From Candidatus Latescibacterota bacterium (GTDB lineage Bacteria; Latescibacterota; UBA2968), in NCBI GenBank assembly GCA_965198115.1, contig OZ240241.1, positions 864,001 through 928,000 on the forward strand: a stretch of DNA of 64,000 nt, written 5' to 3'. The notes below the pieces were generated by a model that was not told the origin of the DNA, searched no databases, and was given only the letters and a program-made list of their open reading frames with translations. Shown one piece after another: positions 54,465-64,000 of this stretch; positions within the stretch are counted from its first letter, which is position 1; each line of letters starts with the position of its first letter. The position numbers were made by a program, and so were the translations under genes.

Positions 54465-55211
54465 TTGACCGTCCACCGTCTACTGTCCACCGTCTCCCTG
54501 GCCACGACAACGCTGTTGATGCTGGCCTGCAGTCCGGCCGAGCAACCCGAGACGGTTCGGGAAGCAATCGCGCAGGCTCGCGCCACGGACCCGTATGCGT
54601 TTCAGCGTGGACAAATGGTCGAGCGGTTGCACGGGGAAGGCATCCGAAGCCCCGCCGTGCTTCAGGCGATGATGACCGTCCGCCGCCACGAGTTCATCCC
54701 GACACGTCACGAACACCTGGCCTACCTCATCAGGCCCTTGCCGATCGGTCACGATCAGACCATTTCCTCTCCTTACATCGTCGCCTACATGACGGAAGTC
54801 GCGGAGATAACGCCCGGTGACAAAGTGCTCGAAATCGGTACAGGTTCCGGGTATCAGGCTGCTGTGCTGGCCGAGCTTTCCGATCGCGTCTACTCGATCG
54901 AGATCATACCCGAGTTTGCCAAGAGCGCACGAGAACGGTTGACGGATCTGGGCTACCGGGTGCACGTGCGGACGGGGAACGGCTATTTGGGATGGCCCGA
55001 AGCGGCCCCCTTCGACGCGATCGTCGTGACTGCCGCGCCAGACGAGGTCCCTCAGGCTCTCGTTGACCAGCTTGCGATGGGCGGAAAAATGGTGATCCCG
55101 GTCGGCGTCACTTCTCAGGAAATGATCGTGATCACGCGAACAGTGACGGGCATTCACACAAAACGAACGCTATCAGTCCGCTTCGTCCCGATGACCGGTA
55201 AACCCGAATGA
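54465..55211 (+). CDS. pcm: Protein-L-isoaspartate O-methyltransferase, possible lipoprotein signal (start uncertain)
   Basis: QTISSPYIVA, VLEIGTGSGYQAA, APFDAIVVTAA, VRFVPM. Confidence 0.9.
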   Translation: MTVHRLLSTVSLATTTLLMLACSPAEQPETVREAIAQARATDPYAFQRGQMVERLHGEGIRSPAVLQAMMTVRRHEFIPTRHEHLAYLIRPLPIGHDQTISSPYIVAYMTEVAEITPGDKVLEIGTGSGYQAAVLAELSDRVYSIEIIPEFAKSARERLTDLGYRVHVRTGNGYLGWPEAAPFDAIVVTAAPDEVPQALVDQLAMGGKMVIPVGVTSQEMIVITRTVTGIHTKRTLSVRFVPMTGKPE

Positions 55212-55498
55212 TACGACGTGGTTGTGCTGCGCCGTTGCAACTTGAATCATCGATGGACGCCGGAGTCTCCCGATGCCCGCATCGGAGACCTGGTGTTCTA
55301 CATAAGTAATTGTTTTCAAGAAGTTTACGTGTGATGATTTCAGGCAATTGACGCCCATCAAAAGTCGGTGTGGTCTTTTGCTCGCAAATTGCTGATTTTT
55401 CTTAGGTTGTGATAGAGAATCCCTCCGAGACATCATCTGGGCCTTCCCTGGGATGACGACGCTGAAAGACCTCCTGTAAGACGCTGCTTGGAGAAAAC

Positions 55499-56524
55499 AT
55501 GACGCGGAGATGGCATCGGTTTCCGATTGCGCTCGTCGCGGCTTTCGTGACTCAAACGACAGAAGCTCAGCACCCGGTCGAGGTCGGCGAGTCGGTGCGA
55601 CGGGACGTTGCGCTATCGCTGGAGCTGGTGGGAACGGTCGAGCCACTCCTGTCCTCAACCATCAGCTCGGAAATCCCCGGCCGAATCGAGGCCATTCTGG
55701 TGGAGGAAAACGATCGCGTCCGTCGAGGCCAGGTTCTCGCTCGACTCGACCCCGACATGATCGAGGTTCGCTTGCGCCAAGCCGAGGCGCGGCTGCTGCA
55801 GGCCGAGGCCGAGTACGAGCGTGTCAGAAAGCTTGTCGAGCAGAACCTGACGAGTCTGGAAAAGCTGCAACAGGCTCAGACGAGCCTCGCGCTGAGGAAG
55901 GCGGACCACAAACTTGTGCAACTTTCGCTCGATCATACCACGATTCGAGCGCTCTTCGTCGGACGGATCGCCTGGCGGCACACTGACATCGGCGAGTGGA
56001 TCAGTACCGGGGGTCGTGTACTAGACTTGATACACACCGACAGCGTGTTCGTCATGACATCCGTACCCGAGAAGCACGTCCGCCATCTCGAGCCAGGGAC
56101 GCCAGCGGTAATCGCGTGCGACGCGTATCCTCACGAAGACTTCGAAGGGCGCGTCCATCGTGTGATCCCGAGGGGAGATCCGAACAGCCACGCCTTTCCG
56201 ATCAAGATCAAGGTGCCCAATCCGGGCGGAAAGCTGAAAGCAGGCATGTTTGCTCAGGTCGACCTTGAAATCGATCGCGCCGAGCAACTCGTGCTCGTTC
56301 CCAAGGATGCCGTCGTGAACGTCGCGGGAGAGCGCTACGTTTTCGAGGTGAATGGGGCCTTGGATCGTGTGAGGCGAGTCAAGGTGCAAGTCGGTCGAAC
56401 CGAGGCGGATCAGGTGGCGGTCGACGGAGATCTGACACCTGGTCTTCCCGTCGTCGTCACAGGTAACGAAACGCTTCGGGACAACGACGAAGTGATGATC
56501 ACGAAACACTACTCGGCACGATAG
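55499..56524 (+). CDS. RND efflux periplasmic adaptor (MFP) subunit
   Basis: ISSEIPGRI...V..GQVLARLD, helical hairpin, LKAGMFA, VPKDAV. Confidence 0.9.
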   Translation: MTRRWHRFPIALVAAFVTQTTEAQHPVEVGESVRRDVALSLELVGTVEPLLSSTISSEIPGRIEAILVEENDRVRRGQVLARLDPDMIEVRLRQAEARLLQAEAEYERVRKLVEQNLTSLEKLQQAQTSLALRKADHKLVQLSLDHTTIRALFVGRIAWRHTDIGEWISTGGRVLDLIHTDSVFVMTSVPEKHVRHLEPGTPAVIACDAYPHEDFEGRVHRVIPRGDPNSHAFPIKIKVPNPGGKLKAGMFAQVDLEIDRAEQLVLVPKDAVVNVAGERYVFEVNGALDRVRRVKVQVGRTEADQVAVDGDLTPGLPVVVTGNETLRDNDEVMITKHYSAR

Positions 56525-56585
56525 TGGGTTTATCTGAAGCGTGCACGGGGTTGAGAAGGATGGAAACCGTGAAGCGAGGTCAGGG

Positions 56586-59500
56586 ATGAAGATCATCGAC
56601 GTTTCGATTCGACGCCCGACGTCCATCATTGTGGCGGTGCTGCTGGCGGTCATCTTCGGCGCCCTGTCGCTGAGCAAGATGCCGATCCAGATGCGCCCAA
56701 CGGTCGACCGTCCTCGGATATCGGTCCGCGTGGAATACCCGGGCGTTGCCCCTCCTGAGATCGAGGAACAGGTGACGATTCCGATGGAGCAGCGGTTGAA
56801 CACCGTTCAGAACCTGACCAAGATCAGATCTCGGTCTCAGACGGGCCAGAGCAGGATCTGGCTCGAGTTCGACTGGGGTGTGAACAAAGACCTAGCGGGA
56901 CTGGATGTCTTGAAGAAGATCAATCAGGTCCGGAACCTGCCCGTTGACGCGGAGGCGCCCACGATAACGGCGGCCTCATCCGATGAGCGTCCTGTGAGCT
57001 ATATCGCCATTCGGAGCGAGACGGTCGGTGTCGATAAGCTGTTCGAGGTGACGGAAGACATGATCGCCCCCATGGTCGAACGGGTGGAAGGCGTTGGGTT
57101 GATTCGGATTTACGGAGGTCGAGAGCGGGAGATCCAGGTCATCCTGGACTACGAGGCGATGACGTCGCGTGGTCTGTCCATCGACCGAGTGCGTGCCGCA
57201 ATCGGAAACGAGAACCGAAATGCACGGGGCGGTCACATCGACGAAGGAAAACGACGGGTGATGGTACGCACCTTGGGTCAGTTCGACCGTCTGTCGGATC
57301 TCGAAAATGTGATCGTGGATCAGACTAGAACCGGGCCCGTTTACTTGAAAGACATCGCCCGGATTGAAGACAGCTTCAAAGACCTGCGTTACACCGTGCG
57401 TGAGACGGGCGATCCCGCGGTCGTGATGGCGATTATCAAGCGGAGCGGTGCGAACACGATCAAGACAATGGCGGGTGTGGATGCAACGCTCGAAAGCTTG
57501 CGAGAGGAACTGGGACTCAAGGACATTCAGATCGTCAAGTCGATCGATGAAACGGACTACATCTGGGACTCGATCGACCAGGTCGTGTCAAACCTGGAGA
57601 TCGGCGGGATTCTGGCGCGTGGTGCTCCTGTTGTTCCTCCGCAATTTCGTGAGTACGGCGATCGTTACGCTCGCGATTCCGATTTCGCTCGTCGCGTCGT
57701 TCATCTTTTTGAACGGGGTCGGTTCGTCGCTGAACATCATCACGCTGGCTGGTTTGGCGTTCGCAGTCGGGATGGTGGTCGACAACGCCATTGTCGTGCT
57801 CGAAAACATCTACCGTCACGCAGAGATGGGGCAGAAAAGAGGAGAGGCGTCGTTCAACGGGGCCGAGCAGGTGTGGGGTGCCATCCTGGCGTCGACACTG
57901 ACGACTCTCGCCGTGTTCCTTCCCATCATCTTCGTGAAAGAGGAAGTGGGACAGTTGTTTCGAGACATCGCGCTGGCGATCGCCTTTGCGATCGTCATGT
58001 CCCTCGTCATATCCATCACGCTGATTCCCATGCTCGCGTCCAAGTGGATGGGCACGGTGAAGAAGCAGGGGAAGGAGGAACGACGCCTGTGGGTTGAAGC
58101 GCTGACCTTCGGGTGGATAGGAAGGTCGGTGAATCGATTCTTCCTGGGGTCGGTCGCGTGGCTGCTGAGGGGCTTCGGAAGGAAAATCGTGTTTGTCGTG
58201 TTGATCTTGGGTCTGTTCTCGGCAAGTCTCGTGCTGCTCCCCCCAGCCGAATATCTGCCGATCGGGAGCATGAACACGATTCGTGGAAACATGCGCCTCC
58301 CGCCCGGGAGCAACGTCGACCAGGCCGGCTACTTGATGGGGCAGGTCGAATCGCGATTCTTGGCGATCGAGGAGATGAAGAACCTTTTCGTCGTTTCGGG
58401 TCTGTTCAACATTGTTTTTCTTGTGTGTAAGGACGAGTACAAGGCTAACCTGAGGCCGGTGATCGATAAGATGCGCGATCTCGTGAAGGATATTCCGGGA
58501 GTCCGGCTCGGGATCGCCCAGATGGGTATCTTCAGCCGGAACAACGCGGGAAAAACGATCACGCTCAGGGTTCGGGGAAAAGATCTCGCGGGAATCCACA
58601 AGCACGTGACCTTCCTGGAAGAAAAACTCATCGGCATCGAGGGTGTGATCGATGCGAGAACGAGTCTGGATGTTCGCAATCCGGAGTACCGGGTCAGGAT
58701 CGATCGAGAGCGAGCCGCGCGTCTCGGACTGTCAAATCGCTCGATTGCGGAGGCAATCGAGACACTCGTCGGCGGCAAGGTCGTCTCGCTCTATCGGAGC
58801 GAGGGCGACGAGGTGGACATCACCCTGCGCGGCGACCCCGAGAAATTCGATGACGTGGAGAACATCCGCGAGATACTCGTCTACACACCAGCGGGCACGC
58901 CGGTGCGGCTGGGCAGTCTGATCGACGTGAGCGAAGGGCTCGGGCCGACACGGATCGAGCACCACAACATGGATCGTGTGATTTCCGTGACGGCCACCCT
59001 CCAGGAGGAGATTCCTATGGAGGTGATGCTCGACCGTATCAAGGAGGCCGCGGTGGGCCCGCTCGAGGCGTCGCTGCCGCTCGGGTATGCGGTCGACATG
59101 GGGACCACGGCCAACAAGCTTGAGCGCACCAAAGAGGCGCTAGGAAGCGCTTTTCTTCTCGCGGTGGTCATCATCTATCTGCTGATGGCGTCGCTGTTCG
59201 AATCCTTCCGGTATCCTTTGATCATACTGTTTTCCGTGCCCCTCGCGATGACGGGCGCCATCCTCGGCATCATCGCGACAGGGTCGGAATTCAACGTGAT
59301 CACGATGTTGGGCTTCATCATCCTGAGCGGTATCGTCGTCAACAATGCCATCTTGCTGATCCACCAGGCGCTTCGCGCCCAACGGGTTGAAGGTTTGGGA
59401 TACAATGAGGCGATCCAGCAAAGCTGTCGTACAAGGATGAGACCCATTTTCATGAGCACGATGACGAGTGTGCTCGGCATGATGCCACTGGCGATGGGGT

Positions 59501-59695
59501 CGGGCCGGGAGCGAGCTTTACAGCGGCCTGGGCGCGGCCATCGTCGGTGGGCTGATGGTTTCGACGCTGTTCACGCTGATCCTCGTGCCCGTGCTGTTTT
59601 CGCTGTTCAATGATGTGGGCAGGTGGATGTCCAGGCTGATGGGTCGCGAAGACGACGTGGAGGTCGCTGTATCGGTCAGGGCAGCAGGAGATTGA
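56586..59695 (+). pseudogene. RND (AcrB/MdtC-type) permease with frameshifts near 57615 and 59505
   Basis: SIRRP, YPGVAP.EIE, GMVVDNAIVVLENI, GIVVNNAIL, RMRPIFMS; continuous across three frames. Confidence 0.88.
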
Positions 59696-59860
59696 GTTCA
59701 AGACTATCGAGTTAGACCGAAGACAGCGCCCAGGGCAGAGCCCAGGGGCGAGCGATGGGCACCTAATTAACAAAACAAAGCGATGCGCTCGTCCCCGTGC
59801 TCCGCACGGGGACGCCTTGGTGTATCGCCAACTGATAAACTCAATGGCAGTGGGACTGAA

Positions 59861-60412
59861 GTGGGAAACGTGGAACACATCGCGATTCTCAGAGAGGGGC
59901 CTGACGCCTGGAACGCTTGGCGCGCAGACCATCCCGACGTCGTTCCGGATATCGAGGGCGAGTCCTTCGTCTACGAGGATCTGTCCGGGGCCTACCTGAG
60001 CGGCATGTCCTTTCACCATCAGGTGTTCAGCGGCGCGAAGATGGCGAGCACAGTCTTCGACGGCGCCTATCTCGGTCACGCGGACATGAGCGATTCGGAT
60101 GTCACCGGGGCCAGCTTTAAAGGTGCGGATCTGAGTTGCGCGAATCTGTATGGAACAGATGCTCGAGGCGCGAACTTTTCACGAGCCGTCTTGCGAGAGG
60201 TCTCGCTCAAAGAGGCCGACCTGCGGGGTGCCACGTTTTCCGAGGCCGATCTGACGCGTGTGTATCTGGTTGATGCGGACGTGTCGGATGCGCGATTCGA
60301 TCGGGTCGAAGGTCTCGAAGCAGAGCAGCTAGCCCAGGTCGCCGCGATGGAAGGAGCGTCCGGTCTTGACGTAAAGTTGCTCGAAAGATTGAAGACAGAG
60401 CCGTCTGACTGA
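59861..60412 (+). CDS. Pentapeptide repeat protein
   Basis: AWNAWR followed by A(D/N)Lxx repeats. Confidence 0.85.
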   Translation: MGNVEHIAILREGPDAWNAWRADHPDVVPDIEGESFVYEDLSGAYLSGMSFHHQVFSGAKMASTVFDGAYLGHADMSDSDVTGASFKGADLSCANLYGTDARGANFSRAVLREVSLKEADLRGATFSEADLTRVYLVDADVSDARFDRVEGLEAEQLAQVAAMEGASGLDVKLLERLKTEPSD

Positions 60413-60446
60413 GGTTAATGTGTGCGAATGTTGCATACTGCATCTA

Positions 60447-60626
60447 AGTTTTCCGGTCGATCGGAAAACTAACTTGTCCCTCGCCCTCGTGTTTTGCACG
60501 AGGGCGCTGTTTCGTGGAACCAATGGGCAGATGGTGCGGGCTCGGCCTGAAAGGGCGACTGCAGAGTTTGGCAGTCTTCAGGAAAAATGTAGTGCTGGCA
60601 CCCATTTGTCCGATCGATCGGACAAA
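60447..60626. promoter_or_regulatory. Two related palindromes, candidate operators
   Basis: AGTTTTCCGGTCGATCGGAAAACT (60447-60470) and the perfect TTTGTCCGATCGATCGGACAAA (60605-60626). Confidence 0.45.
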
Positions 60627-60994
60627 GAACTTGGTGCCTCTAAATTTCAACGTCCTGTTTCGGTTTCCGGTGCGGGATGTGACGTGCGACTTTAGATTGA
60701 TCCGGCGCTCGCTCATCGAACACACCCTGTTATTTTCGACGAGTGGCGCGATCTGTATCGAGCCGTAACCCGCCTGAGGCTCGCCGGAGCCGTCTTCCGC
60801 GATGTGGGAGTCGACCACTACCCGAGGCTCCACGGCCGATCTCAGTTCTTCAGACCCATTCGTATCGTTCGTTCGCTTCTCCAGGTCCTGGCCGTCTGGT
60901 GGAGAGTCGTGTTGAAGCGCGAAGGGAGCCGATCGTGACGACAGGCACAGCGACCCAAGCAGGTCCGGTGTCCCTATTGGAAGACACCAACACT

Positions 60995-61852
60995 ATGCCG
61001 CAGCGCATCCTCGGCAAGACGGGGGAACGCGTGCCCGTTCTCGGGTTGGGTACGGCTCCCGGGGGCTTCGGCCTGCCGGATGGAGAGGCGATCGATGTCA
61101 TCCACGCCGCCATCGATCACGGGATAACCTACCTCGACACCGCACCGGGCTATGCGCGAGCTCAGATTCAGTTGGGCGAGGTCCTCCCGCAGCGACGTGA
61201 CGAGGTCTTCCTGGTCACGAAGACGCACGCGGAGACGGCCGCGGAAGTCCAGTCGATCCTGGAGCAGAGTCTCCGGGACATGAAGACGGACGCCGCCGAT
61301 CTGACGTTCGTCCACTCCGTCGGAAGTCTAGATCCGGACCGTGTACTCGCACCGGACGGTGCGCTCGTCGGTTTGCGAGAAGCCCAGGGAAGAGGGTTGA
61401 CACGCTTCGTCGGGTTTACCGCCCACCACAAGACCTCACACGCGCAGCGTCTTCTGGCGGAAGAGTGGGACGCCGTGATGTTCGCGATGAACTACGTGGA
61501 CCGTCACACGTACGATTTCCAAGGCGGCCCCCTGAAGCGCGCACACGCGGACAACCTGGGTGTCGCCGCGATGAAGGTGTTCGGGGGTGCACCCGACATG
61601 AAATATGATCAACCTACGCGGTCCGAACTGGCGCGTTCGGGAGGCGATCACCAGAGGGCGCTCGACTACGCGTTAAGTCTGTCGGGGGTCACGATCGCAG
61701 TGGTGGGCATGTTCGGGGTGTCGGAAGTCATTGAGAACGCAGGCTACGCACGTGACCACACTTCCCTCAGCCGCACGGAAGTCGACGCACTCGAGGAAGC
61801 CGGTGAACGGATCGCCGCAGACTGGAAAGACCACTTCGGGGAGCCGAAGTGA
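60995..61852 (+). CDS. Aldo/keto reductase
   Basis: LGKTG..V..LGLG, YLDTAPGY, VFLVTK, AMKVFGG. Confidence 0.9.
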   Translation: MPQRILGKTGERVPVLGLGTAPGGFGLPDGEAIDVIHAAIDHGITYLDTAPGYARAQIQLGEVLPQRRDEVFLVTKTHAETAAEVQSILEQSLRDMKTDAADLTFVHSVGSLDPDRVLAPDGALVGLREAQGRGLTRFVGFTAHHKTSHAQRLLAEEWDAVMFAMNYVDRHTYDFQGGPLKRAHADNLGVAAMKVFGGAPDMKYDQPTRSELARSGGDHQRALDYALSLSGVTIAVVGMFGVSEVIENAGYARDHTSLSRTEVDALEEAGERIAADWKDHFGEPK

Positions 61853-61865
61853 GATCGGGGCGGGC

Positions 61866-62651
61866 GTGAGTGCGACCACGGTCCAGCTGGACGGTGTGAG
61901 CAAGGTTTTCGAGAGCGAGAGCCGTCGCGTGGTTGCCGTGGAGGAGGCGTCGCTCCGGATCCGAAGTGGTGAGTTCGTCAGCCTTCTGGGTCCGTCCGGC
62001 TGCGGGAAGACGACGTTGATGCGAATCGTGGGCGATCTGGAGACCCCGACTGAAGGAACGGTCACGGTAAACGGGTTGACGCCCGCTGATGCACGTCGCC
62101 GGCGCCAGGCTGGTATGGTGTTTCAAAAGCCCGCGTTGCTCGAGTGGCGCACCGTTACCCAGAATGTGACTCTGCCCGGTGAAGTGTTCGGCGACGCAGA
62201 TGTACGAGGCCGTGCGGCTGAGATGATTCAGAAGGTAGGGCTCTCCGGGTTCGAGAACGCCTACCCCAGGGAATTGTCTGGCGGTATGCAGTCCCGGGTG
62301 GCGATCGCGCGCGCGCTCACGCATCGGCCATCGATTCTGCTCATGGATGAACCGTTCGGTGCACTCGACGAGATCACACGTGAGCGACTGCAACTCGAAC
62401 TGTTGACGGTCTGGGCGGAGACGAATGCCTCCGTGCTTTTTGTGACTCACAGCATCTCCGAGGCACTCGTGTTGTCCGATCGGGTGGTCGTGATGTCTGC
62501 CCGACCTGGCCACATCGTCGAGGATGTAAGCGTCGGCTTTGCGCGTCCGAGAGATGGGGCGATTCGCTCGGCTTCCGAGTTCGTCGCGCTAGAGGCCCAC
62601 CTCCGGGATGCATTGAACCGCGATGGGGGACCTGATGCCGGCGGGGTATGA
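61866..62651 (+). CDS. ABC ATP-binding protein, NitT/TauT/SsuB type
   Basis: GPSGCGKT, LSGGMQSR, LMDEPFGALD, VTHSI. Confidence 0.92.
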   Translation: MSATTVQLDGVSKVFESESRRVVAVEEASLRIRSGEFVSLLGPSGCGKTTLMRIVGDLETPTEGTVTVNGLTPADARRRRQAGMVFQKPALLEWRTVTQNVTLPGEVFGDADVRGRAAEMIQKVGLSGFENAYPRELSGGMQSRVAIARALTHRPSILLMDEPFGALDEITRERLQLELLTVWAETNASVLFVTHSISEALVLSDRVVVMSARPGHIVEDVSVGFARPRDGAIRSASEFVALEAHLRDALNRDGGPDAGGV

Positions 62652-63654
62652 CGTGTTCCACATGGGGCGGTGTTCGATCGACCTCTACAGCGACGACATC
62701 GGTGCTCCGTTCGCCGAGATCTCGCGCTTCTCGGCTTATGTGGGGGGTTCTCCCACGAACATCAGCGTGGGAGCCCGACGTCTGGGGCTTCGGACCGCGC
62801 TGCTGACAGCCGTCGGCGATGATCCCGTCGGAGAGTTCATCCTCCGGTTTCTGCGGGAAGAAGGCGTGGTGACCGATCACATTCCCATCAAGATAGGGAG
62901 ACGAACGCCGGCCGTTTTGCTCGGGATCGAGCCGCCGGATCGATTTCCGCTCGTCTACTATCGTGAAAACTGCGCCGACGGCGACTTGACGATCGAAGAC
63001 GTTCCGACGGAAGATGTCGCCGGATCCCGCGTGTTTCAGTTCGCGGGGACGAACCTGAGCCTCGAGCCCAGCCGAAGCGCAACCGTCTTCGCCGCCGAGG
63101 TGGCTCGGAAGGCGGGACGGACCGTCCTGTTCGATCTGGATCTGAGGGCGGATCAATGGCCGGACGTCCGCTACTTCGGAGCAGCTGCCCGAGACACGAT
63201 GCGTGTGGTCGACGTCGTCGTGGGTACAGGGGATGAGCTCAGGGGGGCCGTGGCCGCGAGTGCTTCGGATGCCACGGTCACCCACTCTCAGGTTTCGGAT
63301 GCTCGCGTGGCCGGCGATACCAACGCGGCGGTCGAGGCGATCCTGGCGCTCGGACCTTCGGTCGTCATCGAGAAGGTGGGGGAGAAGGGGGCGCGTGTGC
63401 ACGAGAAGACGTCTTCGGGTGTTCGCGTTGAAGAGGCGGATGGATTCCCAGTGGAAGTCGTGAATGTGCTCGGCGCCGGAGACGCGTTCGGAGCCGGATT
63501 GATCTACGGGCACGTCCAGGGCTGGTCGTGGTCCAAGGCCGCCCGACTCGGAAACGCGTGTGGGGCCATCGTCGTCACCCGACACGGGTGTGCGAACTTC
63601 ATGCCCACGTTACCCGAAGCCCTGGAGATCGCCGATCGCTACGGAGGGCTCTGA
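62635..63654 (+). CDS. iolC: 5-dehydro-2-deoxygluconokinase (PfkB family)
   Basis: MGRCSIDLY...YVGGSPTNISVGARRLG, PPDRFPLVYYRENCAD, GAGDAF, HGCANFMP. Confidence 0.85.
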   Translation: MPAGYDVFHMGRCSIDLYSDDIGAPFAEISRFSAYVGGSPTNISVGARRLGLRTALLTAVGDDPVGEFILRFLREEGVVTDHIPIKIGRRTPAVLLGIEPPDRFPLVYYRENCADGDLTIEDVPTEDVAGSRVFQFAGTNLSLEPSRSATVFAAEVARKAGRTVLFDLDLRADQWPDVRYFGAAARDTMRVVDVVVGTGDELRGAVAASASDATVTHSQVSDARVAGDTNAAVEAILALGPSVVIEKVGEKGARVHEKTSSGVRVEEADGFPVEVVNVLGAGDAFGAGLIYGHVQGWSWSKAARLGNACGAIVVTRHGCANFMPTLPEALEIADRYGGL

Positions 63655-63725
63655 TTGCGGCCAGCAGGGCCACAATCAGGTCATCACCGTTGCCGGGAAT
63701 ATCGTGCAAAGTGGAAGCGGGCAGG

Positions 63726-64000
63726 TCAGGGGTTCGATTGGAATCGGGTGGTGAAGAGGGCGTCGACGGGAGGGGCCGTGTCGATCATGCCCAGATCGAT
63801 CAGAATGTCACGCGTCGCCATCCACCGCGCAGCCGTCTGCGCACCCAGGCCCGAAACCTGAACGTCGGGGCTGTCGAGGATCGGTAGAAGCTTTTCGAAG
63901 TTCGCTCGGTTGAATGACATATCGCTCTCGGGCCTCGCGGCCAAATAGGCGTCGACGGCAATCGTTGGATTCTCCACCGCTCGACGCCAGCCCTTCAGGC
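63726..64000 (-). CDS. ABC substrate-binding protein C-terminus (NMT1/THI5-like), runs off the window
   Basis: LKGWRRAVENP..AVD...LG..T.ARW......L...G....P..D.LFT pattern. Confidence 0.6.
   Translation of the reverse strand, partial: LKGWRRAVENPTIAVDAYLAARPESDMSFNRANFEKLLPILDSPDVQVSGLGAQTAARWMATRDILIDLGMIDTAPPVDALFTTRFQSNP

Noticed and set aside
60444-60833. 129-aa minus-strand ORF or riboswitch in the spacer
   Set aside because: No protein motif or recognisable riboswitch consensus; the region looks regulatory.
1-64000. CRISPR array or cas genes
   Set aside because: No regularly spaced 25-45 bp direct repeats with unique spacers were seen. The repeats are IS copies, REP-like hairpins or coding linkers.

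Overview
GC-rich bacterial chromosomal window. The gene content (many Gfo/Idh/MocA oxidoreductases, a sulfatase, a DUF6785-like membrane protein, an M81 peptidase, dense intergenic micro-repeats) resembles Latescibacterota/Poribacteria-like uncultured lineages; this taxonomy is inference only. About a quarter of the window (~15.8 kb by my count) is insertion sequence: ISL3 (3 full copies + 1 fragment), IS256 (4 near-identical copies + 1 relative), IS630 (2), IS3 (1 + fragments), an ISAzo13 fragment and a 168-bp CTAG-flanked MITE. Many host genes are IS-split or frameshifted. The main hidden structure is a ~171-codon REP-associated tyrosine transposase (RAYT/TnpA-REP) gene with an upstream GTAG-REP doublet. 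It lies inside a two-component operon and is spread over 8.5 kb (36675-45229) by seven stacked or nested insertions. Removing the target duplications restores an open HUH reading frame. Other points of interest: an 8-module GAF-like repeat hybrid kinase, an orphan cNMP-domain/atypical thioredoxin/FliN-like module, an attC-like hairpin, tRNA-Arg(ACG), and a peptide/amide catabolism cluster. No CRISPR array, rRNA or prophage was seen. All calls come from reading motifs by eye; no database search was run.
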